From NCBI GenBank assembly GCA_038229295.1, contig JBBROO010000005.1, positions 30,514 to 94,513 of the forward strand: a stretch of DNA of 64,000 bases, read 5' to 3'. This document shows, in pieces, positions 18,468 to 27,972 of the stretch. Under the pieces are notes generated by a model that was given only the letters and a program-made list of their open reading frames with translations, did no database searches and had not been told where the DNA came from. Made by a program: the position numbers and the translations under genes. This stretch comes from Chthoniobacterales bacterium. Lineage in GTDB: Bacteria > Verrucomicrobiota > Verrucomicrobiia > Chthoniobacterales > UBA10450. The stretch's first letter is position 1. The number at the start of each line of letters is the position of its first letter.

Positions 18468-21400
18468 CCGTTACCGTTCCCGCGCGCTAGCGCATACTCC
18501 GGCGCAAGATCGACATCTTCACCGCTCGGTTCCTCCTCCGCTTCACCGAGTGAACCCTCGTGATGCTCTTTCGCAATGAGCATGTAGAGCGACGGCACAA
18601 TGAACAAAGTAAAGATGGTTCCGATTGTCATTCCGCCGACCAGCACGAGACCAATCGAATTTCTCGCGGCCGCGCCGGCGCCACTAACGAGCGTGAGCGG
18701 GAAATGTCCGGCGATCGTCGCTGCGCTCGTCATCATGACGGGGCGCAAGCGAATGCGCGCGGCCTGTGCGATTGCTTCAAGTTTACCGAGACCCTGGCGC
18801 TGCAGTTCGTTGGCGAACTGAACGATCAGGATTCCGTTTTTCGAGACAAGGCCGACCAGCGTCACCAAACCGACCTGCGAATAAATATTCAGAGTCGTCG
18901 TCCAGCCATCAGTAAAGAAATGCCCGTTAGGCATTTTCAAAAACGTGAAAAGCAGCGCGCCGAACATCGCCAGCGGCACGGAGCCGAAGAGAATGATGAA
19001 AGGATCGCGGAAGCTGTTGAACTGTGCGGCCAGGACTAAAAAAATCAGCACGACGGCAAGCATGAAGGCCGGCAAAAATTTGCTTCCTTCCGTCCGCAAT
19101 TGCCGCGAGTCGCCGGTGTAATCGAGGATGTATCCCTTCGGCAAAATTTTGTGCGCTTCGTCTTCGAGGAATTTCAGCGCGACGTCGAGCGGCTGGCCGG
19201 ATACGCCGCTTATCTGCACGGCGTTGAGCTGCTGCATGCGGTTGAGCGAACGCGCGACCGTCTTGTGCTCAATCGTCGCGACTGTGCTCAACGGCACGAG
19301 CTGATTGTTCGGCCCGGTGACGTAAATGTTCTCGAGCTGATCAGGATTCAAACGATCGGTCCGTTTGATTTGCGGAATCACTTTGTAACTGCGTCCGGCT
19401 ATGTTGAAACGGTTCACAAAATTGCCGCCGATACTGGCCGACAGATCGGCACCCACTTGCTGCATATCGAGACCCATCGAGGACGCCTTGTCGTGATCGA
19501 ACACGATTTGCGCCTGCGGTTGATCGATCTTGGTGTCGATCTGCGGCGGGAAATAAAATATTCCGCTCTGCATCGCTTTCATTTGAATCTGTTTTGCGAA
19601 ATCGAGGATGCGCTCGGGATCGGCAGTCGATGCGATGATGAAACTAACTGGGAAACTGTCGCCGCCCGGAAGCGCCGAGGGCATTACCGGAAACATTTGA
19701 ATGCCCGGGATTGCGGCGAGCTTTTGCTGGACCTGGGGCAGGATCGCAGCCGTGGGCGTTTTACGAATGCCCCATGGTTTCAAGACCATGCCGCCAAAAC
19801 CTTGGTCGGGAAAAGTAATTTGGAACGTGAAGCGAGTGTCCGGAAAGCCGAGGAAAATCTTTCCGGCGGCGTCGGCATAACGAATCGTATCGTCGATCGT
19901 GGCGTTGGCCGGCGCCGTGACGATGCCGAAAATTACGCCTTGGTCTTCCGTCGGCGCCGGTTCGCTCGGCGACATTCGGTAGAAGACAACGCCTAAGACC
20001 GCCAGGGCAATCCATACTGTGTAGACCGCTGGCCGCGCGGCGAGCGTGCGGTCGAGCCGATTGCCGTACCAATCCCGAAAGCGATCGAACGTTCGGTTGA
20101 CCACGCCGCTGAATCCTTTGTCGGCATGTCCGGCCCGCAACAAGTTCGCGGACATCATCGGCGAAAGCGTCAAGGCCACGACGCCGGAAATAAAAACGGC
20201 GCCAGCTAGCGTCAGAGCGAATTCACGAAAGAGCGCGCCCGTTAGGCCACCTTGCAGCGCGATCGGCGTATACACCGCCGCCAACGTCAACGTCATCGCG
20301 ATGATCGGTCCGATCAATTCGCGCGCGCCTTTAAGCGCTGCTTGCACGCGCGACAAGCCTTCGCGCATGTGTCGTTCCACATTTTCGACGACGACAATCG
20401 CGTCATCCACGACCAATCCGACCGAAAGCACGATCGCGAGCAGGGTGAGCAGATTCAACGTGAAGCCGAAGAGCTGCATGAGGAAGAGCGCGCCGATCAG
20501 CGAAATCGGAATGGCGACGATCGGCACGATCACTGATCGGATCGACCCGAGGAATAAAAAGATCACGAGCATCACGATGAGCAACGTGTCGATCAAAGTT
20601 TTTACGACTTCGTGAATAGCGTCGTTGATGTAGGCGGTCGAATCGTAGGCGATTTGTCCGGTCATGCCGGTCGGCAATTCCTTCTGGATCTGCTCCATCT
20701 CGACGCGCACCCGTTTGATCACGTCGATTGAATTCGCGTTCGGCAAAACCCAGATGCCCATAAAGACCGCTTTTTGACCTGAGAACCGGACCTCGGTGTT
20801 GTAATCCTCCGCGCCGAGTTCCACGTCCGCAATGTCGCTGAGCCGAATCAAATTCCCTTTGTCCTGCCGCACGACCAGTTTCTTGAAATCATCCGCCGTG
20901 TGGAGGTCGGTGTTCGCCGTGAGATTTATCTGCAACAGCGAGCCTTTCGTGCTGCCGACCGCGGAGAGATAATTATTCCGCGCGAGCGCACTTCGCACCT
21001 GGGCCGGGCTGATATTCAACGCTGCCATTCGGTCCGGTTTCATCCAGATGCGCATGGCAAAGGTGCGGCCACCTAGAATGTCCGCCTTTTGCACGCCGCC
21101 GAGTGCCGTCAGCCGCGGTTGCACCAGACGCACCAAGTAATCAGTGACCTCGTTAGGCTGCAGCATCGTCGAAGTGAAACTCAAATACGCCGCCGCGAAG
21201 CGAGAGTCCGCCGCCTCGATATTGATCACCGGAATTTCTGATTCCGGTGGCAGGTCGCGGCGGATCGCGTCCACTTTCGAGCTGATGTCCGACAACGCCT
21301 TGTTCGCGTCGTAATTCAATTTCAAACGCGCCGTGATGAGCGAGCTGCCTTGTTTGCTTTGCGATTGGATGTAATCGATGCCGTCGGCCGCCGCGATCGC

Positions 21401-21643
21401 GCGCTCAAGTGGCGTGGTGATAAATCCGCGAACCAGTTCCGCGTCCGCGCCGACGTAAACCGTGGTGACCGTAATCGCGGCGATATCGCTCCGCGGATAT
21501 TGCCGCACGTTCAAACCCCCGAGCCCGGACATGCTCGGAAAAATTATCGGCAGAAGAGCTTTCGTTCCGGCAATGAGAATGACGAAGCTCACCACCAGCG
21601 CCAGCACCGGTCGCTTAATGAACAAATCGGTGAAAGAGCTCAT
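18452..21643 (-). CDS. RND efflux permease (AcrB/MdtB-like)
   Basis: 1063 aa, 12-TM architecture, VVDDAIVVVENV and SKNGILIVQFAN segments. Confidence 0.9.
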   Translation of the reverse strand: MSSFTDLFIKRPVLALVVSFVILIAGTKALLPIIFPSMSGLGGLNVRQYPRSDIAAITVTTVYVGADAELVRGFITTPLERAIAAADGIDYIQSQSKQGSSLITARLKLNYDANKALSDISSKVDAIRRDLPPESEIPVINIEAADSRFAAAYLSFTSTMLQPNEVTDYLVRLVQPRLTALGGVQKADILGGRTFAMRIWMKPDRMAALNISPAQVRSALARNNYLSAVGSTKGSLLQINLTANTDLHTADDFKKLVVRQDKGNLIRLSDIADVELGAEDYNTEVRFSGQKAVFMGIWVLPNANSIDVIKRVRVEMEQIQKELPTGMTGQIAYDSTAYINDAIHEVVKTLIDTLLIVMLVIFLFLGSIRSVIVPIVAIPISLIGALFLMQLFGFTLNLLTLLAIVLSVGLVVDDAIVVVENVERHMREGLSRVQAALKGARELIGPIIAMTLTLAAVYTPIALQGGLTGALFREFALTLAGAVFISGVVALTLSPMMSANLLRAGHADKGFSGVVNRTFDRFRDWYGNRLDRTLAARPAVYTVWIALAVLGVVFYRMSPSEPAPTEDQGVIFGIVTAPANATIDDTIRYADAAGKIFLGFPDTRFTFQITFPDQGFGGMVLKPWGIRKTPTAAILPQVQQKLAAIPGIQMFPVMPSALPGGDSFPVSFIIASTADPERILDFAKQIQMKAMQSGIFYFPPQIDTKIDQPQAQIVFDHDKASSMGLDMQQVGADLSASIGGNFVNRFNIAGRSYKVIPQIKRTDRLNPDQLENIYVTGPNNQLVPLSTVATIEHKTVARSLNRMQQLNAVQISGVSGQPLDVALKFLEDEAHKILPKGYILDYTGDSRQLRTEGSKFLPAFMLAVVLIFLVLAAQFNSFRDPFIILFGSVPLAMFGALLFTFLKMPNGHFFTDGWTTTLNIYSQVGLVTLVGLVSKNGILIVQFANELQRQGLGKLEAIAQAARIRLRPVMMTSAATIAGHFPLTLVSGAGAAARNSIGLVLVGGMTIGTIFTLFIVPSLYMLIAKEHHEGSLGEAEEEPSGEDVDLAPEYALARGNGNGWKQG

Positions 21644-21668
21644 GTCGATCTTAGCAGATGTCGATCTT
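21643..21668 (-). repeat. two tandem AAGATCGACA words filling the adaptor-pump intergenic spacer
   Basis: minus strand reads TGA tgc AAGATCGACA tctgct AAGATCGACA TG, the second copy running straight into the RND ATG. Confidence 0.9.
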
Positions 21669-21671
21669 GCA

Positions 21672-22850
21672 TCACGAATCGACCGGCTTCGGATTCATCT
21701 CCGGTTTCGGTGCGAGATCGTTGTTGATCACAACCGATTGTCCGTTCCGCAATTTGAAAACCCCGGTGCCCACGACCGTCTGCCCCGCTTTCAATCCCGT
21801 TTTCACGCCCACGAAGTCGCCGCGGGCTTCGCCGATGCGCACAAATTGCTGCCGGATGACTTGCGATTCCTGTCCCGTCTTCTCGTCCTTCTTTTTCTCG
21901 ATCACAAAAACCGAGTCCCCGTAGGGCGCATACGAAACCGCCGTCCCCGGAACGACCAGCGTCTTTTGCTTTTGCGGCAATACCACTTCGACTTTGGCGA
22001 ACATTCCGGGCAACAAAACGTGGTCTTTGTTTTCCAGCGTTGCTTGCAACGAAACATTCCGCGTGACTGCGTCTACCGCGGAATTGATGGCGGTTAATTT
22101 GCCGGAAAATTCCCGGCCCGATGCCGCATCCGTCCGCACGCGTACTTCCAGTCCGGGCGCGAGTTGGGCCAGGCGTTGCTCGGGCAATGCAAAATCGACA
22201 TATACTTGATCGAGCGATTGCAACGAGACCACTTGCTGACCAGGATTAATCGTTTGCCCGATGTTGACCTGGCGAATTCCGAGTTGCCCATCGAAAGGCG
22301 CGCGCACTTCCTTTTTCCCGCCCATCGCGCGAATGTTTTCCACGCCGCCCTCTTTTTGTTTGAACTTCGACTCGGCCGCATCGAGTTCTGCTTTTGAAAT
22401 AACCCGCCGTGTCGCCAGGTCGCGCGTGCGCAGCAAATCGCGCCGCGCTAATTCGAGGTCCGCCATCGCCGTGTTCAGCTGCGCGTCTTCCGAAGCCATA
22501 TCCAATTTCACCAACACGTCGCCTTTCTTTGCCAACCCGCCGTTTTGAAACAAAACTTCGCTTACCGTCCCTCCCAGTTCGGCCGAAACGACCGCGCCCT
22601 GTATCGCGCTGATGGAGCCGACGGACGAAAAAGTCGGCGCCCAATCCTCCTCCTTCACCACCACGCTCGTCACCGTTTCTGGCGGCGGCAGCATTTTTTT
22701 GCCCGCCGAAATCATGGTGAAAATCTGCAGCCCCTTGATTAATAGAAGCACCATCACCAGCGCCGCAATGGCGCCGATGGCCAGCCACAAAATCTTGCGC
22801 CGCGATTTCACCTCGCCTTCCATCGTCTCTGGTTTCGCCACGTCATGCAT
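21672..22850 (-). CDS. RND efflux periplasmic adaptor (membrane fusion protein)
   Basis: 392 aa, N-terminal TM helix, coiled-coil and barrel-sandwich regions (VRAPFDGQLG); overlaps TetR stop. Confidence 0.85.
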   Translation of the reverse strand: MHDVAKPETMEGEVKSRRKILWLAIGAIAALVMVLLLIKGLQIFTMISAGKKMLPPPETVTSVVVKEEDWAPTFSSVGSISAIQGAVVSAELGGTVSEVLFQNGGLAKKGDVLVKLDMASEDAQLNTAMADLELARRDLLRTRDLATRRVISKAELDAAESKFKQKEGGVENIRAMGGKKEVRAPFDGQLGIRQVNIGQTINPGQQVVSLQSLDQVYVDFALPEQRLAQLAPGLEVRVRTDAASGREFSGKLTAINSAVDAVTRNVSLQATLENKDHVLLPGMFAKVEVVLPQKQKTLVVPGTAVSYAPYGDSVFVIEKKKDEKTGQESQVIRQQFVRIGEARGDFVGVKTGLKAGQTVVGTGVFKLRNGQSVVINNDLAPKPEMNPKPVDS

Positions 22851-23502
22851 AAGCTGGTTGGATTTCCTTTTTAAACAACAGGCGCCAAAGTCTCCGCGTC
22901 ACTTCCAGTTGCCGCGCGCGCCGTTCCGCCGCCGTCATTTCTGGCGGCTGCAACACATCGCGCATTAACATTCCGCGGGCGACCGCAAAAATGAGTTCCG
23001 CCATCTCGTTAGGCCGCAAATCATGCGCCGCGTGCTTCACCTCCGGCGATTGCGCGATCAAATCCGTCACCCCATCCATCAACGTCTGCAAAACATCGCG
23101 CACCATGTCCGCCACTTTCGCATTGCGCGACGCTTCCGCGTAAAGATCGACAATGAACGCCGACTGCACCTTGGGAGAATTCTCACAGCAATGCGCCGTA
23201 AACAAAATCTCCAGCGACTCCAGCAGCGTCGGAGCCTGCCGCGCCTCTTCCAGCAATTCGTGGATCTCTTTCTTGTGTCGGCTCGCCATCGCCGCGATCA
23301 CCGCCTCTTTGTTTTCAAAATATCGATAGATCAATCCGACACTGATCCCAGCCTCCGCGCTGATATCGTGCATGCTCGTTTGATGGAATCCGCGCTTGGC
23401 AAAGCAAACCATGGCCGCTTCCAGAATCTGCGTCCGCCGATCCAGTCCCGCGTCTATTTGTGTTTGAGTCATCGGAGAATCGGAAGGTGAATGAACGTTC
23501 AT
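22843..23502 (-). CDS. TetR/AcrR family transcriptional repressor
   Basis: N-terminal HTH (ILEAAMVCFAKRGFHQTSMHDISAEAGISVGLIYRYF); true start may be MTQTQID at 23472. Confidence 0.85.
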   Translation of the reverse strand: MNVHSPSDSPMTQTQIDAGLDRRTQILEAAMVCFAKRGFHQTSMHDISAEAGISVGLIYRYFENKEAVIAAMASRHKKEIHELLEEARQAPTLLESLEILFTAHCCENSPKVQSAFIVDLYAEASRNAKVADMVRDVLQTLMDGVTDLIAQSPEVKHAAHDLRPNEMAELIFAVARGMLMRDVLQPPEMTAAERRARQLEVTRRLWRLLFKKEIQPAYA

Positions 23503-23505
23503 TCA
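23488..23505. promoter_or_regulatory. perfect 18-bp palindrome, probable TetR operator
   Basis: TGAATGAACGTTCATTCA, 16 nt upstream of the MTQTQID start of the TetR-adaptor-pump operon. Confidence 0.5.
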
Positions 23506-23561
23506 TTGTCAAATACCTGGCAGCCGTTGTAGCTGCCGCCGTCACTGGCGGCAATCCTCGA

Positions 23562-23600
23562 TTGGGCGTTGAACGTTGAGCGTTGAGCGTTGAACGTTTG
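23562..23600 (+). repeat. half copy (one arm) of the heptamer-array hairpin repeat
   Basis: TTGGGCGTT GAACGTT GAGCGTT GAGCGTT GAACGTT TG; same arm as at 49229-49267 and 54387-54425, no partner arm. Confidence 0.6.
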
Positions 23601-24561
23601 CACCGTGCGATCGCCGACGCCCATAATTCAGAACCCCCAATTCGCGCGCGATTTCCCGACCACGCGCCGCCACCTCGTCGGCGTCTCCGGCGGCCGCGAT
23701 TCCGTCGCCCTGCTTCATCAACTTGTCGATCTTGGCTTCAAAAGACTAATCGTCTGCCATCTCAATCATCAACTCCGTGGACGCGCCAGCAATGCCGACG
23801 CGCGCTTCGTCGAAAAGCTCGCCGAGAAGTACGATGTCGATCTTGCCCTCAGCTCCACCAATGTCCGCGCGCTTGCCGCGAAAAAGAAAATGTCGATCGA
23901 AACCGCCGCGCGCGAGGCGCGTTACTCCTTCTTCGCCAAAATCGCGAAGCGAAAAAAGTGCCGGACCATCTTTCTTGGTCATCACGCGGATGATCTCGTC
24001 GAAACTTTTTTGATTAATTTATTTCGCGGGGCCGGCGCCGCCGGATTAAGCGCGATGCGCGAATCCTCAACGCGCGAAGTTGACGATGTCGATCTTACGA
24101 TCGTTCGCCCGCTTCTCGGTGTGTGGCGTCGAGACATCGACAAATACGTCCGAAGCCATCACCTGAAATTCCGCGAAGACGCCTCGAATCAAAACCTAAC
24201 GCCGCTGCGCAACCGCATTCGTCACCGCGTCATTCCGTATCTCGAAAAAACCTTCGGCCGGAATATTCGCCAAAACATTTGGCGGACCGCCACCATTGCG
24301 TCAGAAGAAGAGAGCTTCTTCGAGACCTTGCTTCCTCCGAGCCTAACGACCATCGCCCTCAAGCCGCTGCGCGAAATGTCGGTCGCGCTTCAGCGCCGAA
24401 CCCTTCACCAATGGCTGCGCGCGGCCAACATCGCGGATATTGGCTTCGATTTAATCGAGCGCGTCCGTGCTCTCGTGGATGTGACCAATCGCGTTGCCAA
24501 AACAAATCTCCCGCAAGATCGACATGTACGTCGTCGCGCCGGAAAAATTTTCATCGAGTAG
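23590..24561 (+). CDS. tilS: tRNA(Ile)-lysidine synthase
   Basis: PP-loop VGVSGGRDSVALLH, 323 aa; TTG start lies in the repeat, so the exact start is uncertain. Confidence 0.85.
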   Translation: MNVCTVRSPTPIIQNPQFARDFPTTRRHLVGVSGGRDSVALLHQLVDLGFKRLIVCHLNHQLRGRASNADARFVEKLAEKYDVDLALSSTNVRALAAKKKMSIETAAREARYSFFAKIAKRKKCRTIFLGHHADDLVETFLINLFRGAGAAGLSAMRESSTREVDDVDLTIVRPLLGVWRRDIDKYVRSHHLKFREDASNQNLTPLRNRIRHRVIPYLEKTFGRNIRQNIWRTATIASEEESFFETLLPPSLTTIALKPLREMSVALQRRTLHQWLRAANIADIGFDLIERVRALVDVTNRVAKTNLPQDRHVRRRAGKIFIE

Positions 24562-24564
24562 CTT

Positions 24565-24642
24565 TGTCATCCCGAGCGGAGCGAGGGACCTCACAATCCC
24601 ATCGATGATTTGCGAGATCCTTCGCCTTCGCTCAGGATGACA
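24565..24642. repeat. REP/MITE-like inverted-repeat element, copy 1
   Basis: arms TGTCATCCCGAGCGGAGCGAGGGACCTCACA and TGCGAGATCCTTCGCCTTCGCTCAGGATGACA fill the tilS-gltX gap. Confidence 0.75.
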
Positions 24643-24647
24643 CCGCA

Positions 24648-25979
24648 ATGAATCCCGAAATCCGCGTCCGCTTCGCACCGTCGCCCACCGGCTTTCTCCA
24701 CATCGGCGGTGCGCGCACCGCGCTCTTCAACTGGCTCTTCGCGCGGCACCACGACGGGAAACTTATTCTTCGCGTCGAAGACACCGACAAAGCTCGTAAC
24801 ACCGAAGAAGCCACCGCCGCGATCTACGAAGGCTTGAAGTGGCTGGAATTAAATTGGGATGAAGGCCCGCAGGCGGGCGGAAATTTCGGCCCCTATTTTC
24901 AAGGCGAGCGCAGCGAAATCTACGAGCGCTATCTAAAAAAACTCCAGGACGCTGGTCACATTTTCGACGACGCCGGCGCGATTCGCTTTCGCTCGCCGCG
25001 CGAACACGTCATGGTCGACGATCTCGTTTGCGGCAAAATCGATTTCGATTTGTCGAACGAAGAAACGCATCCCGACATGACCGTGCGCCGGCCCGACGGT
25101 TCGTGGATTTTCCATTTCGTTAACGTCGTCGACGACATCGAGATGAAAATTTCGCACGTCATCCGCGGCGAAGATCATCTCTCGAACACGCCGAAGCACA
25201 TCGAGCTTTATCGCGCGCTCGGCGCGGAGCCGCCGCGTTTCGCTCACATTCCGCTTATCATGAACAAGGACGGCTCCAAGATGAGCAAGCGCGATCAGGG
25301 CGCGAGCGTGGACTATTATATGAAGCGCGGATTTTTGCCGGCGGCGGTGCGCAATTATCTTTGTTTGCTCGGTTGGTCGCCGAAGGACGATCGCGAGAAG
25401 ATGTCGATCGACGAGATCGTCAAAATTTTCGATCTCAAAAATGTTGTGCGCGGCCACGCGACCTTCGATCCCGCGAAGTTGCATTGGCTGAACGGCGAAT
25501 ACGCGCGCGAGCTGAGCGATGCAGATTTTTACGAACGCGGTCTCGCGGCGCTTCGCGCGAGCGCATGCAAGATCGACAATTTCCCTAACGATTACGTGCG
25601 CGCCGCTCTCGCCACGTGCAAAGGCAAGATCAACGTCTTCGACGAGTTGCCGGCGTATTGCGGATTTTATTTCACCGACGAGATCGTGTGGAATCCCGAA
25701 GGCGTGACCAAACATTTCACGGCCGAAAACAAACCGCATTTGCAAGCCGTGCGCGATGCTTTCGCCAAGATCGACAATTTCAACGCCGCGGAAATCGAAG
25801 CAACGTTGAAAGCGACCGCTGCGACTCTTGGTGGCAAAGTTGGTCTGTTAGTGCATCCGACGCGACTCGCCGTCACCGGCAGCAATGCCGGCCCGAGCTT
25901 GTATCATCTGCTCGAAGTTCTAGGTAAAGACAAAGTGCTCGCACGGATTGACCACGCGATGCACGAAATATCTGGGTAG
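24648..25979 (+). CDS. gltX: glutamate--tRNA ligase
   Basis: RFAPSPTGFLHIGGARTAL (HIGH) and KMSKR motifs, 443 aa. Confidence 0.95.
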   Translation: MNPEIRVRFAPSPTGFLHIGGARTALFNWLFARHHDGKLILRVEDTDKARNTEEATAAIYEGLKWLELNWDEGPQAGGNFGPYFQGERSEIYERYLKKLQDAGHIFDDAGAIRFRSPREHVMVDDLVCGKIDFDLSNEETHPDMTVRRPDGSWIFHFVNVVDDIEMKISHVIRGEDHLSNTPKHIELYRALGAEPPRFAHIPLIMNKDGSKMSKRDQGASVDYYMKRGFLPAAVRNYLCLLGWSPKDDREKMSIDEIVKIFDLKNVVRGHATFDPAKLHWLNGEYARELSDADFYERGLAALRASACKIDNFPNDYVRAALATCKGKINVFDELPAYCGFYFTDEIVWNPEGVTKHFTAENKPHLQAVRDAFAKIDNFNAAEIEATLKATAATLGGKVGLLVHPTRLAVTGSNAGPSLYHLLEVLGKDKVLARIDHAMHEISG

Positions 25980-26081
25980 CGCGCGCGTCTCGCGCGCGGT
26001 GCTCCGCGTCTCGCGGAGCACGTTTGCAGATGTGACGGACGAGACGCCCGCCACCACGCGCGAGACGCGCGCGCTACCCAG
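25972..26081. terminator. nested perfect inverted repeats between convergent gltX and glnS (probable bidirectional terminator)
   Basis: 25-nt arms CTGGGTAGCGCGCGCGTCTCGCGCG (25972-25996) / reverse complement (26057-26081), plus an inner 10-bp hairpin GTGCTCCGCG..CGCGGAGCAC; left arm contains the gltX TAG. Confidence 0.5.
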
Positions 26082-26091
26082 GCCGAAAAGA

Positions 26092-27786
26092 TCAGGGACG
26101 CGACGGAGCGCGTCCCTCCATTTTCGCCCACGTATCTCGCAACGTGATGGTGCGATTCCACACTTGTCGACCTAACGTCGTATCGGGATCTAGCGCGAAA
26201 TAGCCGAGTCGCTCGAACTGATAACGCTCGTTAGGCCGCGCATCTTTTAACGCCGGCTCGCATTTCGCGTGAACCACTTCGAGCGAATGCGGATTGATGA
26301 ACGCTTTGAAATCTCCATCGGCGTCCGGCTCGGGAACGGTGAAGAGCCGGTCGTAGAGGCGCACCTCCGCGTCGACCGCGTGTGCCGCACTCACCCAGTG
26401 AATCGTCCCCTTCACTTTGCGAGCGGAAGTCGCGCCGCCGGACTTGCTCTCCATGTCGATCTTGCAACGCAGCTCCGTTACTTCACCGGCTTCATTCTTA
26501 ATCACTTCCTCGCATTGGATGATGTAAGCGTATTTCAATCGCACTTCTCCGCCGGGTTTTAAGCGAAAATATTTCGGCGGCGGCGTTTCCATAAAATCCG
26601 CCGCGTCGATAAACACGTCGCGACCAAACGGAACTTTTCGCGTCCCTGAGTTCGGATCTTCCGGATTGTTAACCGCATCGAGTTCTTCAACTTGTCCCTC
26701 CGGATAATTCGTCAGCACCACCTTGATCGGTTTCAATACCGCCATTCGCCGCGCCGCGATGCGATTGAATTCATCTCGCATCGTGTGTTCGAGCACGGCC
26801 ATGTCGGTCATGCTCGGATATTTCGTGATGCCGATGTTGTAAGCGAACGCGCGTAACGAGCTCGCGGTCACGCCGCGCCGGCGCAATCCGGAAATGGTGA
26901 GCATGCGCGGATCGTCCCAGCCGTTCACCAGCTTTTCGTTAACGAGTTGAATCAACTTTCGTTTGCTCATGACCGTGTAAGTCAGGTTGAGTCGCGCGAA
27001 TTCGTATTGATGCGGCCTCGGTTCCGGGAGCTCGAGCGATTCCAAAATCCATTCGTAAAGCGGGCGATGCACTTCAAACTCGAGCGTGCAGACGGAATGC
27101 GTGATGCCTTCGATGTAATCGCTCAACGTGTGCGCCCAATCGTACATCGGATAAATGCACCACTTGTTCCCGCGATGATGATGCTCGGCGTGGCGAATGC
27201 GATACAGCACCGGATCGCGCAGCCAGATGTTCGGGGCCGACATGTCGATCTTAGCGCGCAGCGTCCGGCTGTTGTCCGGAAATTCGCCCGCTTTCATTCG
27301 GCCTAACAAATCCAAATTCTCTTCCACGGCGCGATTTCGAAACGGACTCTCTTTGCCCGTGCGCCGAAATTCATCCGTTTGTTCCGGCGACATGTCATCG
27401 ACGTAAGCCTTTCCTTTCCGCACAAGATCGACAGCGTAATCGTAAAGCTTCTCGAAATAATCCGACGCGTAGAGCGGTGCGCCGCCAAGATTGTTGTCGG
27501 CCCAACCATCGATCAACCAATGCACATCGGCCATGATTGAATCGACATACTCCGTTTCCTCTTTCGTCGGATTGGTGTCGTCCATGCGGATGTTGCAAAC
27601 GCCGCCGAACTCGTGCGCCATGCCGAAATTCAGGCAAATCGATTTGGCATGGCCGATGTGCAGATAACCATTCGGCTCCGGCGGAAACCGCGTCACGATT
27701 GTTTTGTGCTTTCCGGTACGCAAATCCTCCGCCACGACGTCGCGAATGAAGTCGGATGGAGTTGGATTCTCGACCGGCGTTGTCAT
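26092..27786 (-). CDS. glnS: glutamine--tRNA ligase
   Basis: RFPPEPNGYLHIGHAKS (HIGH) and VMSKRKL motifs, 564 aa. Confidence 0.95.
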   Translation of the reverse strand: MTTPVENPTPSDFIRDVVAEDLRTGKHKTIVTRFPPEPNGYLHIGHAKSICLNFGMAHEFGGVCNIRMDDTNPTKEETEYVDSIMADVHWLIDGWADNNLGGAPLYASDYFEKLYDYAVDLVRKGKAYVDDMSPEQTDEFRRTGKESPFRNRAVEENLDLLGRMKAGEFPDNSRTLRAKIDMSAPNIWLRDPVLYRIRHAEHHHRGNKWCIYPMYDWAHTLSDYIEGITHSVCTLEFEVHRPLYEWILESLELPEPRPHQYEFARLNLTYTVMSKRKLIQLVNEKLVNGWDDPRMLTISGLRRRGVTASSLRAFAYNIGITKYPSMTDMAVLEHTMRDEFNRIAARRMAVLKPIKVVLTNYPEGQVEELDAVNNPEDPNSGTRKVPFGRDVFIDAADFMETPPPKYFRLKPGGEVRLKYAYIIQCEEVIKNEAGEVTELRCKIDMESKSGGATSARKVKGTIHWVSAAHAVDAEVRLYDRLFTVPEPDADGDFKAFINPHSLEVVHAKCEPALKDARPNERYQFERLGYFALDPDTTLGRQVWNRTITLRDTWAKMEGRAPSRP

Positions 27787-27865
27787 CGTATCGCGCGACA
27801 GTAGCAGACGAACGCGCGGATCGACAACTCGCGCCGAGCAATAGCCTTGTTACATTACAACGCGA

Positions 27866-27972
27866 GTCATCCCGAGCGGAGCGAGGGACCTCACATGCTT
27901 TCGTGGATTACGCTGGTTATGTTGCGTGTTCAACGAGCTTTGGTGAGGTCCCTCGCCTCCGCTCGGGATGAC
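27866..27972. repeat. REP/MITE-like inverted-repeat element, copy 2
   Basis: GTCATCCCGAGCGGAGCGAGGGACCTCACA ... GTGAGGTCCCTCGCCTCCGCTCGGGATGAC, abutting the aroE ATG. Confidence 0.8.

Noticed and set aside
19100-19996. Long antisense or shadow ORFs (also 6481..7152, 24933..25745, 33529..34512, 38099..39016, 40252..41010, 41700..42347, 45753..46316)
   Set aside because: They lie opposite or out of frame to genes with clear family signatures. Their Arg/His/Asp-rich compositions are expected from a stop-codon-poor GC-rich antisense strand. No motifs are recognisable.
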